DNA from: Ruditapes philippinarum | Taxonomy: Eukaryota | Assembly: GCF_026571515.1 (NCBI RefSeq) | Contig: NW_026860638.1 | Coordinates: 62,001-126,000, forward strand | Length of the DNA: 64,000 nt | Direction of reading: 5' to 3' | In this document: positions 52,971 through 63,104 of the stretch, in pieces | Numbering within the stretch: position 1 is the stretch's first letter | Layout: each line of letters opens with the position of its first letter | Program-made: the position numbers and the translations under genes | The notes under the pieces: model-generated | The model's database searches: none | Seen by the model: the letters and a program-made list of their open reading frames with translations, nothing else | What the model was told of the DNA's origin: nothing

Positions 52971-54262
52971 CTTCCAATGAGAAAGGGGAACATGTTCAAA
53001 AGAAGTCCTTGCCACAGAGAGGGAAAAGGATCGACTATAAATTGCTCAACGAGGGTGTCGGAGATGAGATAGAAGAATCCTTCTGGACACAAGGGCACGT
53101 AACTGATCTCAAATTATTGGTTGGAGATTCAGCGGAAGCGGAAGTAATAACCAAACATGAAGACGAAGGGAATTCGGATATACAAGATGCGGAGGGTGCA
53201 ATAGGCCCGGATATTCTTGAGATGAAAAAGGAGTTACAAGCTCTGCATGAAGAAGAAAGACAATTGAAAGAACAGATGTCCGAGGCAGAGATGTTAAGGA
53301 GACAAATTGCCCAGAAAAAAGATGATGTTCAGAAATTAAGAGGTGAGGCAATTCAGTCAACAAAATCGCGGAAAAAAAGTAACTTTAGTAAAAAATCATC
53401 TGTTCAAAATGATACAAATGTTGATCAACTTACTATTAATGATTTACGAAAGAACAAAAAATTACGACGTAAGGCTAAATCACAGTTGCACAAGATTGGT
53501 TTAGATATTTTTAGTTCTACTTCCGAGTCAGATTCTGACTCTGATTGCAATGCAAGCTCTGTAATTGATTCAACAAAAGTACTTAAAAGTAGTAAGAAAA
53601 AGATAAATGATTTGAGTTCTGCAGAAGATTCTGAGCAGGAATTTGATTCCAATTATTCCTGTAAAAATAAAACAAAGTCCGGTATTTTGGCTAAAGCTGG
53701 GGATAGGGTTGTAAATAGACAGCATTATCCGCAGTCAAGTCTTAGATTTGAATATGTAACTGGTTCAATCACATTTGATAAATTGGATATAAATTTGTTT
53801 GTTGCGGGGGAATTAGAAGTTATTTCCAATCCCTCTATTCATACTTTAGAGCGTAAAGCTAGAATTGAACTGTTAAAGAAATTGATGTATCTTTGTTCAT
53901 CTTATGACTTTTCTATTGTTAAAAGTTTTTATGCCGCTGTATTAAGGGAGATAGAATTGGGTCATCTCCAGTGGGGAGACTCTTATCAATATGTTGAGTC
54001 AGCAATTTTGACAAGTCATGTTATCAAGAAAGGTGTAAATGTAAAGCACAGAGCTGAAAAAAGCAGATCAGATATTGTTGATAAGATTTGGTTTTGTAGT
54101 CAGTACCAAAGAAATAAATGTAATCATAAATCTCCTCATATGACTGTTATAAAAGGTGTTGCTAGATTGTCTCAGCATGTTTGCGCTTCATGCTGGCTGA
54201 AAGACAAAGTTAAATTAGAGCATCCTGAGTGTTCAAGCTCATGTCCTTATTCGTCAAATTGA
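52967..54262 (+). CDS. Ngaro ORF1 Gag-like protein
   Basis: ATG at 52967; coiled coil (ILEMKKELQALHEEERQLKEQ...QKLR), Ser/acidic linker, C-terminal WFCxxYQxxxC...H and HxCxxC...H...CP zinc fingers. Confidence 0.88.
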   Translation: MSSNEKGEHVQKKSLPQRGKRIDYKLLNEGVGDEIEESFWTQGHVTDLKLLVGDSAEAEVITKHEDEGNSDIQDAEGAIGPDILEMKKELQALHEEERQLKEQMSEAEMLRRQIAQKKDDVQKLRGEAIQSTKSRKKSNFSKKSSVQNDTNVDQLTINDLRKNKKLRRKAKSQLHKIGLDIFSSTSESDSDSDCNASSVIDSTKVLKSSKKKINDLSSAEDSEQEFDSNYSCKNKTKSGILAKAGDRVVNRQHYPQSSLRFEYVTGSITFDKLDINLFVAGELEVISNPSIHTLERKARIELLKKLMYLCSSYDFSIVKSFYAAVLREIELGHLQWGDSYQYVESAILTSHVIKKGVNVKHRAEKSRSDIVDKIWFCSQYQRNKCNHKSPHMTVIKGVARLSQHVCASCWLKDKVKLEHPECSSSCPYSSN

Positions 54263-56146
54263 CTGAAAGATAAGTATGATGATTTAAAGAAAAAAGTAAA
54301 GTGTCATGAAAAAACTGTTGATTTATTTCTTCCGAAATATTGTAAAAAAGATAAGATTGAAAATAGTGTAGAATCTTTGAGAATTAATGCTATTTGCAAT
54401 CATTCAGTAAAATGTAATATTTGTAAAGTCACGAAGAAAAGTCAAAAATCTATTTTAGACAGAGTAGTTATTCATGAAAAAATCCGTCAATCTGGTTTGT
54501 ATAATTATGAGGGTTGTAGAATACAGGTTTACAATAATATCAATACTGATTTCATGAGGCGTATGTTGGGTTCAAACTATAATGATTTAATAGTTTGTGA
54601 TCTTTTAAAATATGGTTTTCCCATTGGTTTATTAGAGAAAGGCTTTCATTTTGATCAACTTGATACATGGAAATATAGGAACCATTCCGGGGCTAATGAT
54701 TATCCAGATGAGATTAATAAATATCTGGGTAAGGAAAGTAATTCTTCTTGCATTTTAGGTCCATTTAAGAGCAATCCCTTTACTTCAGGGTTGAAAATTT
54801 CTCCATTAAATTCTGTTCCCAAAAAAGATACTGATGAAAGAAGGATTATTTTAGACTTAAGTATGCCAAAAGGTAATGCTGTAAATGATTTCATTGATAA
54901 AGATATATATTTAAATGAGCATGTTGATTTGGTATTTCCTAGAATAGATGATTTTGTTCAATTGGTTAAATCTAAAGGTCAAGGATGTCTAATGTTTAAA
55001 AAAGATTTGCGTAAAGCTTACAGACAGATAAGTATTTGTCCAAGTAATTATAATTTAGTTGCCTTTTGTTGGAAAAAGCACATATTTTGTGATACTGTGT
55101 TGAGTATGGGCCTTAGATCTGCGGCTCAAATCTGTCAAAGAGTTACAAATGCTATAGCTTTTATTATGTATAATATTGGTATTTGTATACTTAATTATCT
55201 TGATGATCTAGCTGGAGTTGAAACAAGGCAAAATGCGCCTTTTGCATATAATTGTTTAGGTCAAGTCTTGAGGCATTGTGGTTTTATTGAGTCAGTTGAT
55301 AAAGCTTGTCCACCTTCAGAAATAATGATTTTTTTAGGGGTTCTTTTTAATACAAATTCAATGACTATGGAGGTTACTAAAGAACGTTTATTAGAAATAA
55401 AAAATTTAATTCAGGTATGGTTATACAAAACAGAAGCAACGCTTAGAGAAATACAATCACTTATTGGTAAATTAAATTTTGTGGCTTCATGTGTGCGGTC
55501 AAGCAGGATTTTTATAAGCCGGCTTATTAACTGGCTTAAAGATTTGTATAGTTATCTTCCACATATTTATGTTCCTATTACATCTGAGGTTAAAAAAGAC
55601 ATTCTTTGGTGGCATAAGTGTTTACAAGAATACAATGGAGTTTCTATTATGCTATATGAAAATTGGTCAATTCCAGATGCTATTTTCTCAACGGACGCGT
55701 GTTTAACAGGCTGTGGTGGTTTTTACAATGGAAAATATTTTCATTCTGATTTTCCTGTAAATATTTCTAATCAAAAATTTTCTATAGCCGTGTTAGAATT
55801 GTTCGGCATTATTCTTGCTTTAAGGCTTTGGTCAAAAGAATTTAAAGGTAAAAGGATAGTCGTTTATTGTGATAATGAGGCTGTATGCTTAGTCTTGAAT
55901 TCAGGCCGAGCCAGATGTTCAATGTTACAGGATGGTTTGAGAGAAATTTGTTTTTTAACAGCTAAATCTCAATGTGAGATAAGAGCTGTTCATTTGTCAA
56001 GTACGGAAAATCGAATCTCTGATTGTTTGTCTCGTTGGTCACAGCATGATAAATTCAAAGATGAATTTTTCCAGTTAACAACTGGATTTTATTTAGAGTA
56101 TTGTGAGGTGGTGGATCAAGATTTTGTTTTTATTAATGATTGGTAA
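54263..56146 (+). CDS. Ngaro RT/RNase H (in frame with ORF1, after a single TGA)
   Basis: RRIILDLS, KKDLRKAYRQ, LSMGLRSA, YLDD, FLGV; RNase H STDAC, ELFGI, YCDN, NRISDCLSR; the frame is open from 54263. Confidence 0.95.
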   Translation: MKDKYDDLKKKVKCHEKTVDLFLPKYCKKDKIENSVESLRINAICNHSVKCNICKVTKKSQKSILDRVVIHEKIRQSGLYNYEGCRIQVYNNINTDFMRRMLGSNYNDLIVCDLLKYGFPIGLLEKGFHFDQLDTWKYRNHSGANDYPDEINKYLGKESNSSCILGPFKSNPFTSGLKISPLNSVPKKDTDERRIILDLSMPKGNAVNDFIDKDIYLNEHVDLVFPRIDDFVQLVKSKGQGCLMFKKDLRKAYRQISICPSNYNLVAFCWKKHIFCDTVLSMGLRSAAQICQRVTNAIAFIMYNIGICILNYLDDLAGVETRQNAPFAYNCLGQVLRHCGFIESVDKACPPSEIMIFLGVLFNTNSMTMEVTKERLLEIKNLIQVWLYKTEATLREIQSLIGKLNFVASCVRSSRIFISRLINWLKDLYSYLPHIYVPITSEVKKDILWWHKCLQEYNGVSIMLYENWSIPDAIFSTDACLTGCGGFYNGKYFHSDFPVNISNQKFSIAVLELFGIILALRLWSKEFKGKRIVVYCDNEAVCLVLNSGRARCSMLQDGLREICFLTAKSQCEIRAVHLSSTENRISDCLSRWSQHDKFKDEFFQLTTGFYLEYCEVVDQDFVFINDW

Positions 56147-56172
56147 TTTTTCTTTTTCTGATTATTTTGTAG

Positions 56173-57141
56173 ATCTACAGTTGAAGACTCTCAAGTCTGA
56201 GTTGAAACTGTCAAATATTTCAGCATATGCTGAAGGTAGTAGAAAGAATTTAAAAATTCAGTGGGAATCATTTATTTTATTTTGTATTTATTTCAAATTT
56301 TGTTATTTACCGGCGAGTACAAACACTCTTCAATTATATTTCTCAATTTTTGAGTCGTTCTTTTAAATCAGTATCTAGTATTCGTAATTATTTAAGTGGG
56401 ATCAGAACTGTTCATCAGTTACTGGGATTTGATTTAAATGAAATGAACACTTTTCTGGTTAATTTTACACTTCGTGGCATTTCCAGATTGAAATGTCACT
56501 GTGTCAAACAAGCTGAACCTATAACTCCTTTCATACTTAACAAAATTTTTTTTGGCTTTAGACTTCAAAGACACTGAGAATTTGACTTATTGGTGTCTAT
56601 TTATATTTGCCTTTTTCTTACTTGCTCGCAAATCAAATTTGGTTCCTACCACTAGTAAAGATTTAATTAATCATAAGTGTTTACTTAGATCTGATGTTAC
56701 TCGTTTTCATGGTAATTTATTAGTTACTATGAATTGGTCAAAAACTATCCAGTTTGGCGAACGGCTTTTACAGACCCCTTTATTGAGATTAAGAGGTTCC
56801 CATTTATGTCCGGTTACAGCTTATGATAACATGTTAAAAAGGTACCTGGCGTTTCGTCAGATGCTTTATTTCTTTTACCTAATGGTAAACCTGTAACTTA
56901 TTATTTATTTCAAAATAAGTTACGTAATGTTTTGAATGATATTGGTTTAGATTCTTCCTTGTACTCTTCACATTTATTCAGACGTGGCTTTGCCACTCTT
57001 GCATTTAGGAATAATGTTAGTTCTGATGAAATTCAGATTCTTGGAGATTGGCATTCTGACGTTTATAAACGTTACATTTCACTTTCTATAGAGGATAAGT
57101 GTAAAATAATTAAAGATATTTCACATATATTTTATGTTTAA
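56173..57141 (+). CDS. Ngaro tyrosine recombinase (three frameshifts, at or near homopolymers)
   Basis: SAYAEGSRKNL, SIRNYLSGI, catalytic LLARKSNL, WSKTIQF, HLFRRG, GDW.SD..KRY. Confidence 0.9.
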
Positions 57142-57192
57142 AATTACAGGTGTAGTATGGCATTGTATTTATCAAAGTTTTTATGTTTTCAG

Positions 57193-57729
57193 AACATGTA
57201 AATCAACCACCATTGCGCAAGTGTACAATAGTCTCCGACTCCATAGCGAAAAATGTTTCTTGAATTTGGGATACCAAAATTACAGCTTTTCCAGGGATTA
57301 ATATTTCAAGATTAAGTTATAGAATTTCTCAAGGGTCAGGTAGATTTAAGATCTTCATTCATTATTTTACATGTGGGCACCAATGATGTTACTGGTCCCC
57401 GTTCAGAGGATGAGATTATTTCATCCTTTAATGATTTGATATCTAACATTCGACTTCAATCTACTGGTAGTATTATTGTATCTGCTATTATTCCTCGACC
57501 AATTGATTTTGAGTCCACTGGTGAGAGAGTTAAACATTTAAATAATAAGTTAGGTTTATTATGCAAGTCAAGAAAGGTTTCATTTATGAGAACCTTCAAG
57601 TCGTTTCTTAAATGCGGTTTGCCACGTCGTGAATATTATGCCATTAAGGATGGGGGTTTACATTTAAATCTTGAAGGGACCCGGTGTTTAAAAGAATTCT
57701 TTATAAATACTATTGCGCACTTGAAATAA
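57193..57729 (+). CDS. Ngaro SGNH/GDSL hydrolase (one in-frame TGA at 57261 and one frameshift near 57333)
   Basis: Block I IVSDSIAK, block II AFPG, block III LHVGTND, SAIIPRP, block V DGGLHLN..G. Confidence 0.88.
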
Positions 57730-57947
57730 TAAGTGTTGGGTCATATGGGGGTTGCGTTCATTGAACGCCGCCTTTCCTTGTTGATCTTGTTTTTCATATA
57801 TTATATTGGATGATACATGAATTGGGATAAAAGATTATAAAGAGCAATATTATAAATAATCTTTAAGATAAATTGTCATTAGCATTATTATAAATAATCT
57901 TTAAGATAAATTGTCAAAATGTAGTATTAGAAATATGCTGACTTTAT

Positions 57948-58284
57948 GCTTTTGTTTGAGACACATTGTTTCTCATGAAAGGCTTAATCTTACAATCCGG
58001 TATTGGCCGGCATTGAAGGTTATTACTGCTAAGGAGATAATTATGTAAATCTCTTAGTGGGTTATTTAATACTGCTCATTTGTATTGATGATTTGTTAAT
58101 TTGTTTCTGATTTAGTTGTTGTATTGAATCTATAATGATTTGAATTCTTAACTATTAAATTATGTTCTTTGTCTTTGCCTGAGATACACTGTTTCTCAGG
58201 AAAGACTCTATCATGCAAGCTGGCGACGGCTAGTCTTTAAGGTTATACTATAAGGAGGTATTAAGAAAGCCTCTAAGTAGGTTT
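57948..58284 (+). ncRNA. Putative duplicated structured RNA motif in the Ngaro 3' UTR (57948-58063 and 58171-58284)
   Basis: Two diverged copies, each with three hairpins showing compensatory substitutions. Confidence 0.5.
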
Positions 58285-58354
58285 TGTTCATAGTTTGTTA
58301 AGTGTATTTATATGCTCTTGCTTATTTGTTTGTTATTTTTGACCGTGGGTATGG

Positions 58355-58557
58355 CTTTATGGTAAATATTACTCTTGTAGTAATCATTATGATCACAATT
58401 AGACGTTCAAACAAGTTATGATGTGAGTTATAATGTCTTATATATGTGAATGTTATGTATTAATTTGATTCATGTGATCTCTTCAATTGCCTAAAAAATA
58501 TATATTCATATGAACAGAAATTTTCTTTGTTATTTTTCTGATTGAAAACTGATAATT
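58355..58557 (+). repeat. Split direct repeat B1
   Basis: ctttatggtaaatattactc...gattgaaaactgataattt; matches 58942-59228 apart from an ~80-bp indel. Confidence 0.9.
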
Positions 58558-58846
58558 TGGATTATTTTTGTTTTTAAAAAATAACTTATTATAAGATTGA
58601 ATGAATTGACCTTTTCAGTGTTTTTTTCATTAGTCGATTTTTGTTTATGGTTTACGTCAGCAATAAACATTTTTTTATTGGTCGCTTCTTTTTTTGGGGT
58701 AGATTTACGTCAGCAATAAACATCTTTTTATTGGTCGCTTCTGTTTTTGGCGGTAAATATTTTTTGACCATTTGTTTCCTGGGCCTTTTTGTCATTCTGT
58801 ATTTCGTCGACTTAGAGATCACATTTTTTGATAATTAAAAAATTTT
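58558..58846 (+). repeat. Split direct repeat A2
   Basis: Copy of A1 directly abutting B1. Confidence 0.92.
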
Positions 58847-58941
58847 CCCACCCTTCCCTCCCAATTAATATGTTGATGGTTAATATTATATTATATATTA
58901 TATTGCTTAATATATGTATTTTATTAAAATTTAGATATTGC

Positions 58942-59228
58942 CTTTATGGTAAATATTACTCTTGTAGTAATCATTATGCTCACAAATAGACATTCAAACA
59001 AGTTATGATGTGAGTTATAAATGTTTTAAATGCATAATATAAGTGTGTTCTCATACAATGTTTGTATGAATTTGTCTTTGATCACTTGTATATGAAATAG
59101 ATGACTTATATATGTGGTGAATGTTATGTATTAATTTGATTCATGTGATCTCTCAATTGCCTAAAAATATATATTCATATGACAGAAATTTTCTTTTGTT
59201 ATTTTTTCTGATTGAAAACTGATAATTT
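58942..59228 (+). repeat. Split direct repeat B2
   Basis: Copy of B1 forming the element's right end. Confidence 0.9.
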
Positions 59229-59439
59229 CAAGTTTCGCGAAAGTAAATTTTCCAAAATGGGAATCTAAGCGCGTTCAAGATGGTTTTATGAAAACGATCA
59301 TAATAATTATGCATAGTCTATGGAAGAACTTAAGATAAAGTACTGGTAAAATAATAACCTTTGTAACGCAACGCCGGGTCAATATCAACTTCCGGAAGAA
59401 TACCGTTTCACGATATCCTTTTCCCAAAATGTAATTATT

Positions 59440-60224
59440 TCATTTTCTGTCTTTTTCTTGGAACACGTTTTTGTAAGTGGTATATGTTCGGATTCAAAGA
59501 GTACATCAGTAGTGGTAGAGCACGGAGCTTACACATCATCTGGCATAGGCACGCATGAACTTGGACATATTCCATGCAAAATTCAATCCGCGAGCAAAAA
59601 CAAGATTGTTATACCAAAAACGTCATTGTTACTATAAATAACTTTGTATTCTTCATGATTTTAACAATAATAATAATACTTTCTTTAACGAGTGAACTCA
59701 TTTAAGCAATATATCAAATTTCCAACGAGACCGTCAAAATGAATTATATAAATTTAACATATTCAAGCTATTAGATAACATTAATGTACATTAGTATACA
59801 CGAATTTTGGTTTCAAAATGATTTAAGATATAGCAGTCTTGATATAATCAGGAAGGCCATTCGAAACAAAATACTAACGAAATTGTTCAGTACTTGTTTT
59901 AGGGATGTAAAGTTGATAGCATGAACAGTGATATACAATATTAGCTGGGTAGCATTGACTTTGCACGAGATCCGGGATAGGCAAAATATTCTTTTTATGA
60001 TATAACGAATGTTTATCACTTAAATTGTGCTTAAAATAAGGTCTAACATAATTATATTGTGTTTTTATTCTCAATCTATATTTAGTTTCGGCGTATACTG
60101 GCACGATTGAGAGGGAACTGCAAAATTAAGGGGTTCGACATGCAACGCTTCTCTGAATTATATTATGATCTCCGCTTCGTACTTCATTGAGATACAGTTT
60201 CACGTTTTCCGCATGTTCCACACT
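59440..60224 (+). pseudogene. Decayed duplicate of the metalloprotease active-site exons
   Basis: 59461-59568 is a near copy of the HELGH exon but has lost its acceptor AG and donor; 60086-60224 is a copy of the VYWHD exon with a cac-gat-TGA stop and a deletion. Confidence 0.88.
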
Positions 60225-60903
60225 ACTCTCTTATGCATTGGTCGAATGTTTCACTATCCCTCACCTCAGACCGATATTTCTATTTTTAGAAAGGGAAATC
60301 CATGACTTCACTTCATCCAATCAGTGACTAGCTTACAAGGAATAGTCACAAACATACATTTGACGCATCAAAATGTAAACAATGCATGTTCAATTGAAAG
60401 TACCCCTTGTTTCTTACTTTAAATTGTCTGTTTTTAATGATTATGTTAAATGACCCCCCAAAAAACTACAAAAATGGTAAATTCGCGATGATAAATTATT
60501 AACAGATCGTCATTTGTCATATGGAGTCTCCGTAAACGCGTATTTCAAAACGAATAATAGACGGTCATACTAAACACTGCTAAGGACTGCTAACGAGGAC
60601 AAAGGACTGCTAAGGATTGCTAAGGAGGCACATAGGACCTTAGAATACCAACTAGACCTTCTTATTGATAGATATGTTAATTTAAATCCCTACCAAAAAT
60701 ATCTTGAAATAAATGGCATTTTAGTGCTAAAATGGTGTATGGTGTATTCGGTGAGTGAAATGGTAACACAAAGGCACAAAGGACTGAGCACTATCAAGGT
60801 TTTGGGTCTCTGTAGAAAGTGCTAAGGTACATGATATTGCTAGTATAATATATATTTAAGTATAATTGAACCTCCACTCATTATATATACCCGGTCTATT
60901 TTA

Positions 60904-61316
60904 ACGTTGCGTAACACTACTTAAACGTCGTTTTCTTCCTCGTCACTTTCATGCCACAATCAAGATCAAAATCTGCAGGACGTAATACATCAAACAGTCA
61001 ATCATCTGTTAAGAAAATCGTCACTAGACCACCACGGCCATAAATGTCAAAGTTGAAATATGTAATAACGTTAGTGGCTCCTGGCGGAGAGTTTAAGTCC
61101 GCTGTTTCGAATCATTTGCCGCTGCTTTCTAGCTGTATCCGCTCCTGCGTGAAATAATTAATAACATGGAAAATTGAGTAAAGATTAATTGACAGGGACG
61201 GATTTCGGAATCTGTATTTATAGCAGACGCAGACAATCTGTCACGACGTACCGTTTGATACGGCGTTCCTTTTATTTCCGGTAGACTGGTTACGTTCCTT
61301 ATTTCAAGGCTAAACA
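60904..61316. repeat. Dispersed repeat, copy 2 (internally deleted)
   Basis: Matches 43180-43822. Confidence 0.8.
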
Positions 61317-61329
61317 CTCTTTAATACCT

Positions 61330-61930
61330 ATATTACTATATATAGTAACAAAATCCAGGATATTTTACGGCTATTATGGCAAGATCTAGGTCATTATGCA
61401 ATTTCGGCCACCTTGCTCCTCGGCATTATTTTTCCAGAATGGGCGAGTGAATGAGCGCTGGTGCAAAATGACGTAATCAACTGTGAGTGACTTTCAAGAT
61501 GGCTGCTGACGTTGAATGAGCACACTCAATTTTAAGTTTAAATGACAAAGTTAATCGTAATTAACAAAGCTTAATAATGATGATTAATAAACTCAAGAAA
61601 AGTATATAATAACTCTACAACAGACAAAAATGACCCTCAGAAATTTCCAAAAATGATTTCGGTTTGAGGGTAGAAAAAGGATCGGATCGGTGAAAGCACA
61701 AAAGTTTATAAAACAAACTGGCACTAAATGTGATTCTCCCTCAGGCCATTATGCACATTTTAGGGCCATTATCGCATAATGGCGAGCAGCAACCAAATAG
61801 CAACCTCTATATAAGTATATATCTGTAGCCGTGGGTCGCCGGCATGGCCTTCGCTTTGGGGTCGTGTGGGGAATTGAACTCGCTGGCGTAGTAAGCGCCG
61901 TACGCGGAAACCCTCGGTTAGTTTTGTGCG
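61330..61930. repeat. Dispersed repeat, copy 2 of 370-850
   Basis: Colinear similarity. Confidence 0.7.
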
Positions 61931-63104
61931 ATACTGGTGTATTATTATTTAAGTTCTCTTAACCATGAAATCCAGTATCCTCTTTGTTAAATTATATGAT
62001 GCATAAATGACAAAACACAAGATGTCATGTTCTAGTTAATTCTTTTTAATGTTTCACTGTGGTGGAAAGCGTTTATCAAATGTATAGTATTATTTATGAT
62101 AATGTCCACAAATATCACAATACAGCTAACACCGGAATTTTCTTAAGTTACTGTTAAGTTGTAAGTTTTAAATACTATAGATGTTGTTAGTTCCGAATTC
62201 AAAATAAGACGATTAGATTTTGATTGTTCTAAATTCAAAATTAGACTAATTTAAAATATAAAAATCAACAATATAAAATGAGAAAGAGTTGTCATAGTGA
62301 TTAAGCCTTAATTAATGTCAGAGGATAATCAAGTATGGCTTGTGTGATAAAAGACAAGGAAATTGATAATTAAGCCACAGTTAAAGTATTTAAATCAAAA
62401 GGTGATAATATTTCCTTATTGACCACTATGACATGTTTATATATTACTAGAGTTGTAAAATTTATCAGTTGAGAATCTAAAAGTAATTTTTATTTAAATA
62501 TTTATGCAACATTAAATTCTTTTATTGGTTGTTTAAAATATAAAAGTTAATTTATGAATAATATTGAAAATATTAATGTTTTCACAATTAATACTCTAAA
62601 AGCATTTTGACTAGGAAATGCTATGTTACATGTCCCTTACCAGTCTAATTCTAATTATCACATCATTGGATTGCAATACAAATTTCACCACCACATTTTG
62701 TTAACAAAAAGAGCACTTGTCAGTGTTTGTGGTTAAACATTTTGTTATTCGAATTAAAGTTAGGATCTATCAATACTGCAACAAGCATTACAACAAATAA
62801 AACGGCAACGCCTTAGTTTACCTGTAAAAATTACTTAATTAATAGATGTGTTAAACGAATTCGAATGACTTTTGCCAATGAAATTTGATCATAATTAGTA
62901 GATTTACATTCATTTAATATTATAAAACAAAGTACTCCATCTTTTTGCAAAAGCTGCCCAAATGTGATACACTATATTCACTTTATTTGTAAGATTTATA
63001 TAGCAAAATATGAAGATTGTTCAATAAATAATAAATCGGCTGCGCATAAATGGCGATATTGGCGTCACTTCCGGTGAAAAAAACCCATACTTTGATTATT
63101 TCAT

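Larger units (their letters stand above)
52310..59228 (+). mobile_element. Ngaro-type (DIRS order) tyrosine-recombinase retrotransposon with SGNH hydrolase
   Basis: Split direct repeats A1-ORFs-B1-A2-B2; gag, RT/RH, YR and hydrolase ORFs; no methyltransferase and no ITR/ICR. Confidence 0.93.

Noticed and set aside
57948-58284. SECIS element (UGA as selenocysteine) or hammerhead ribozyme
   Set aside because: ATGA occurs in only one copy and has no matching 3' GA quartet; no CUGANGA...GAAA core on either strand.
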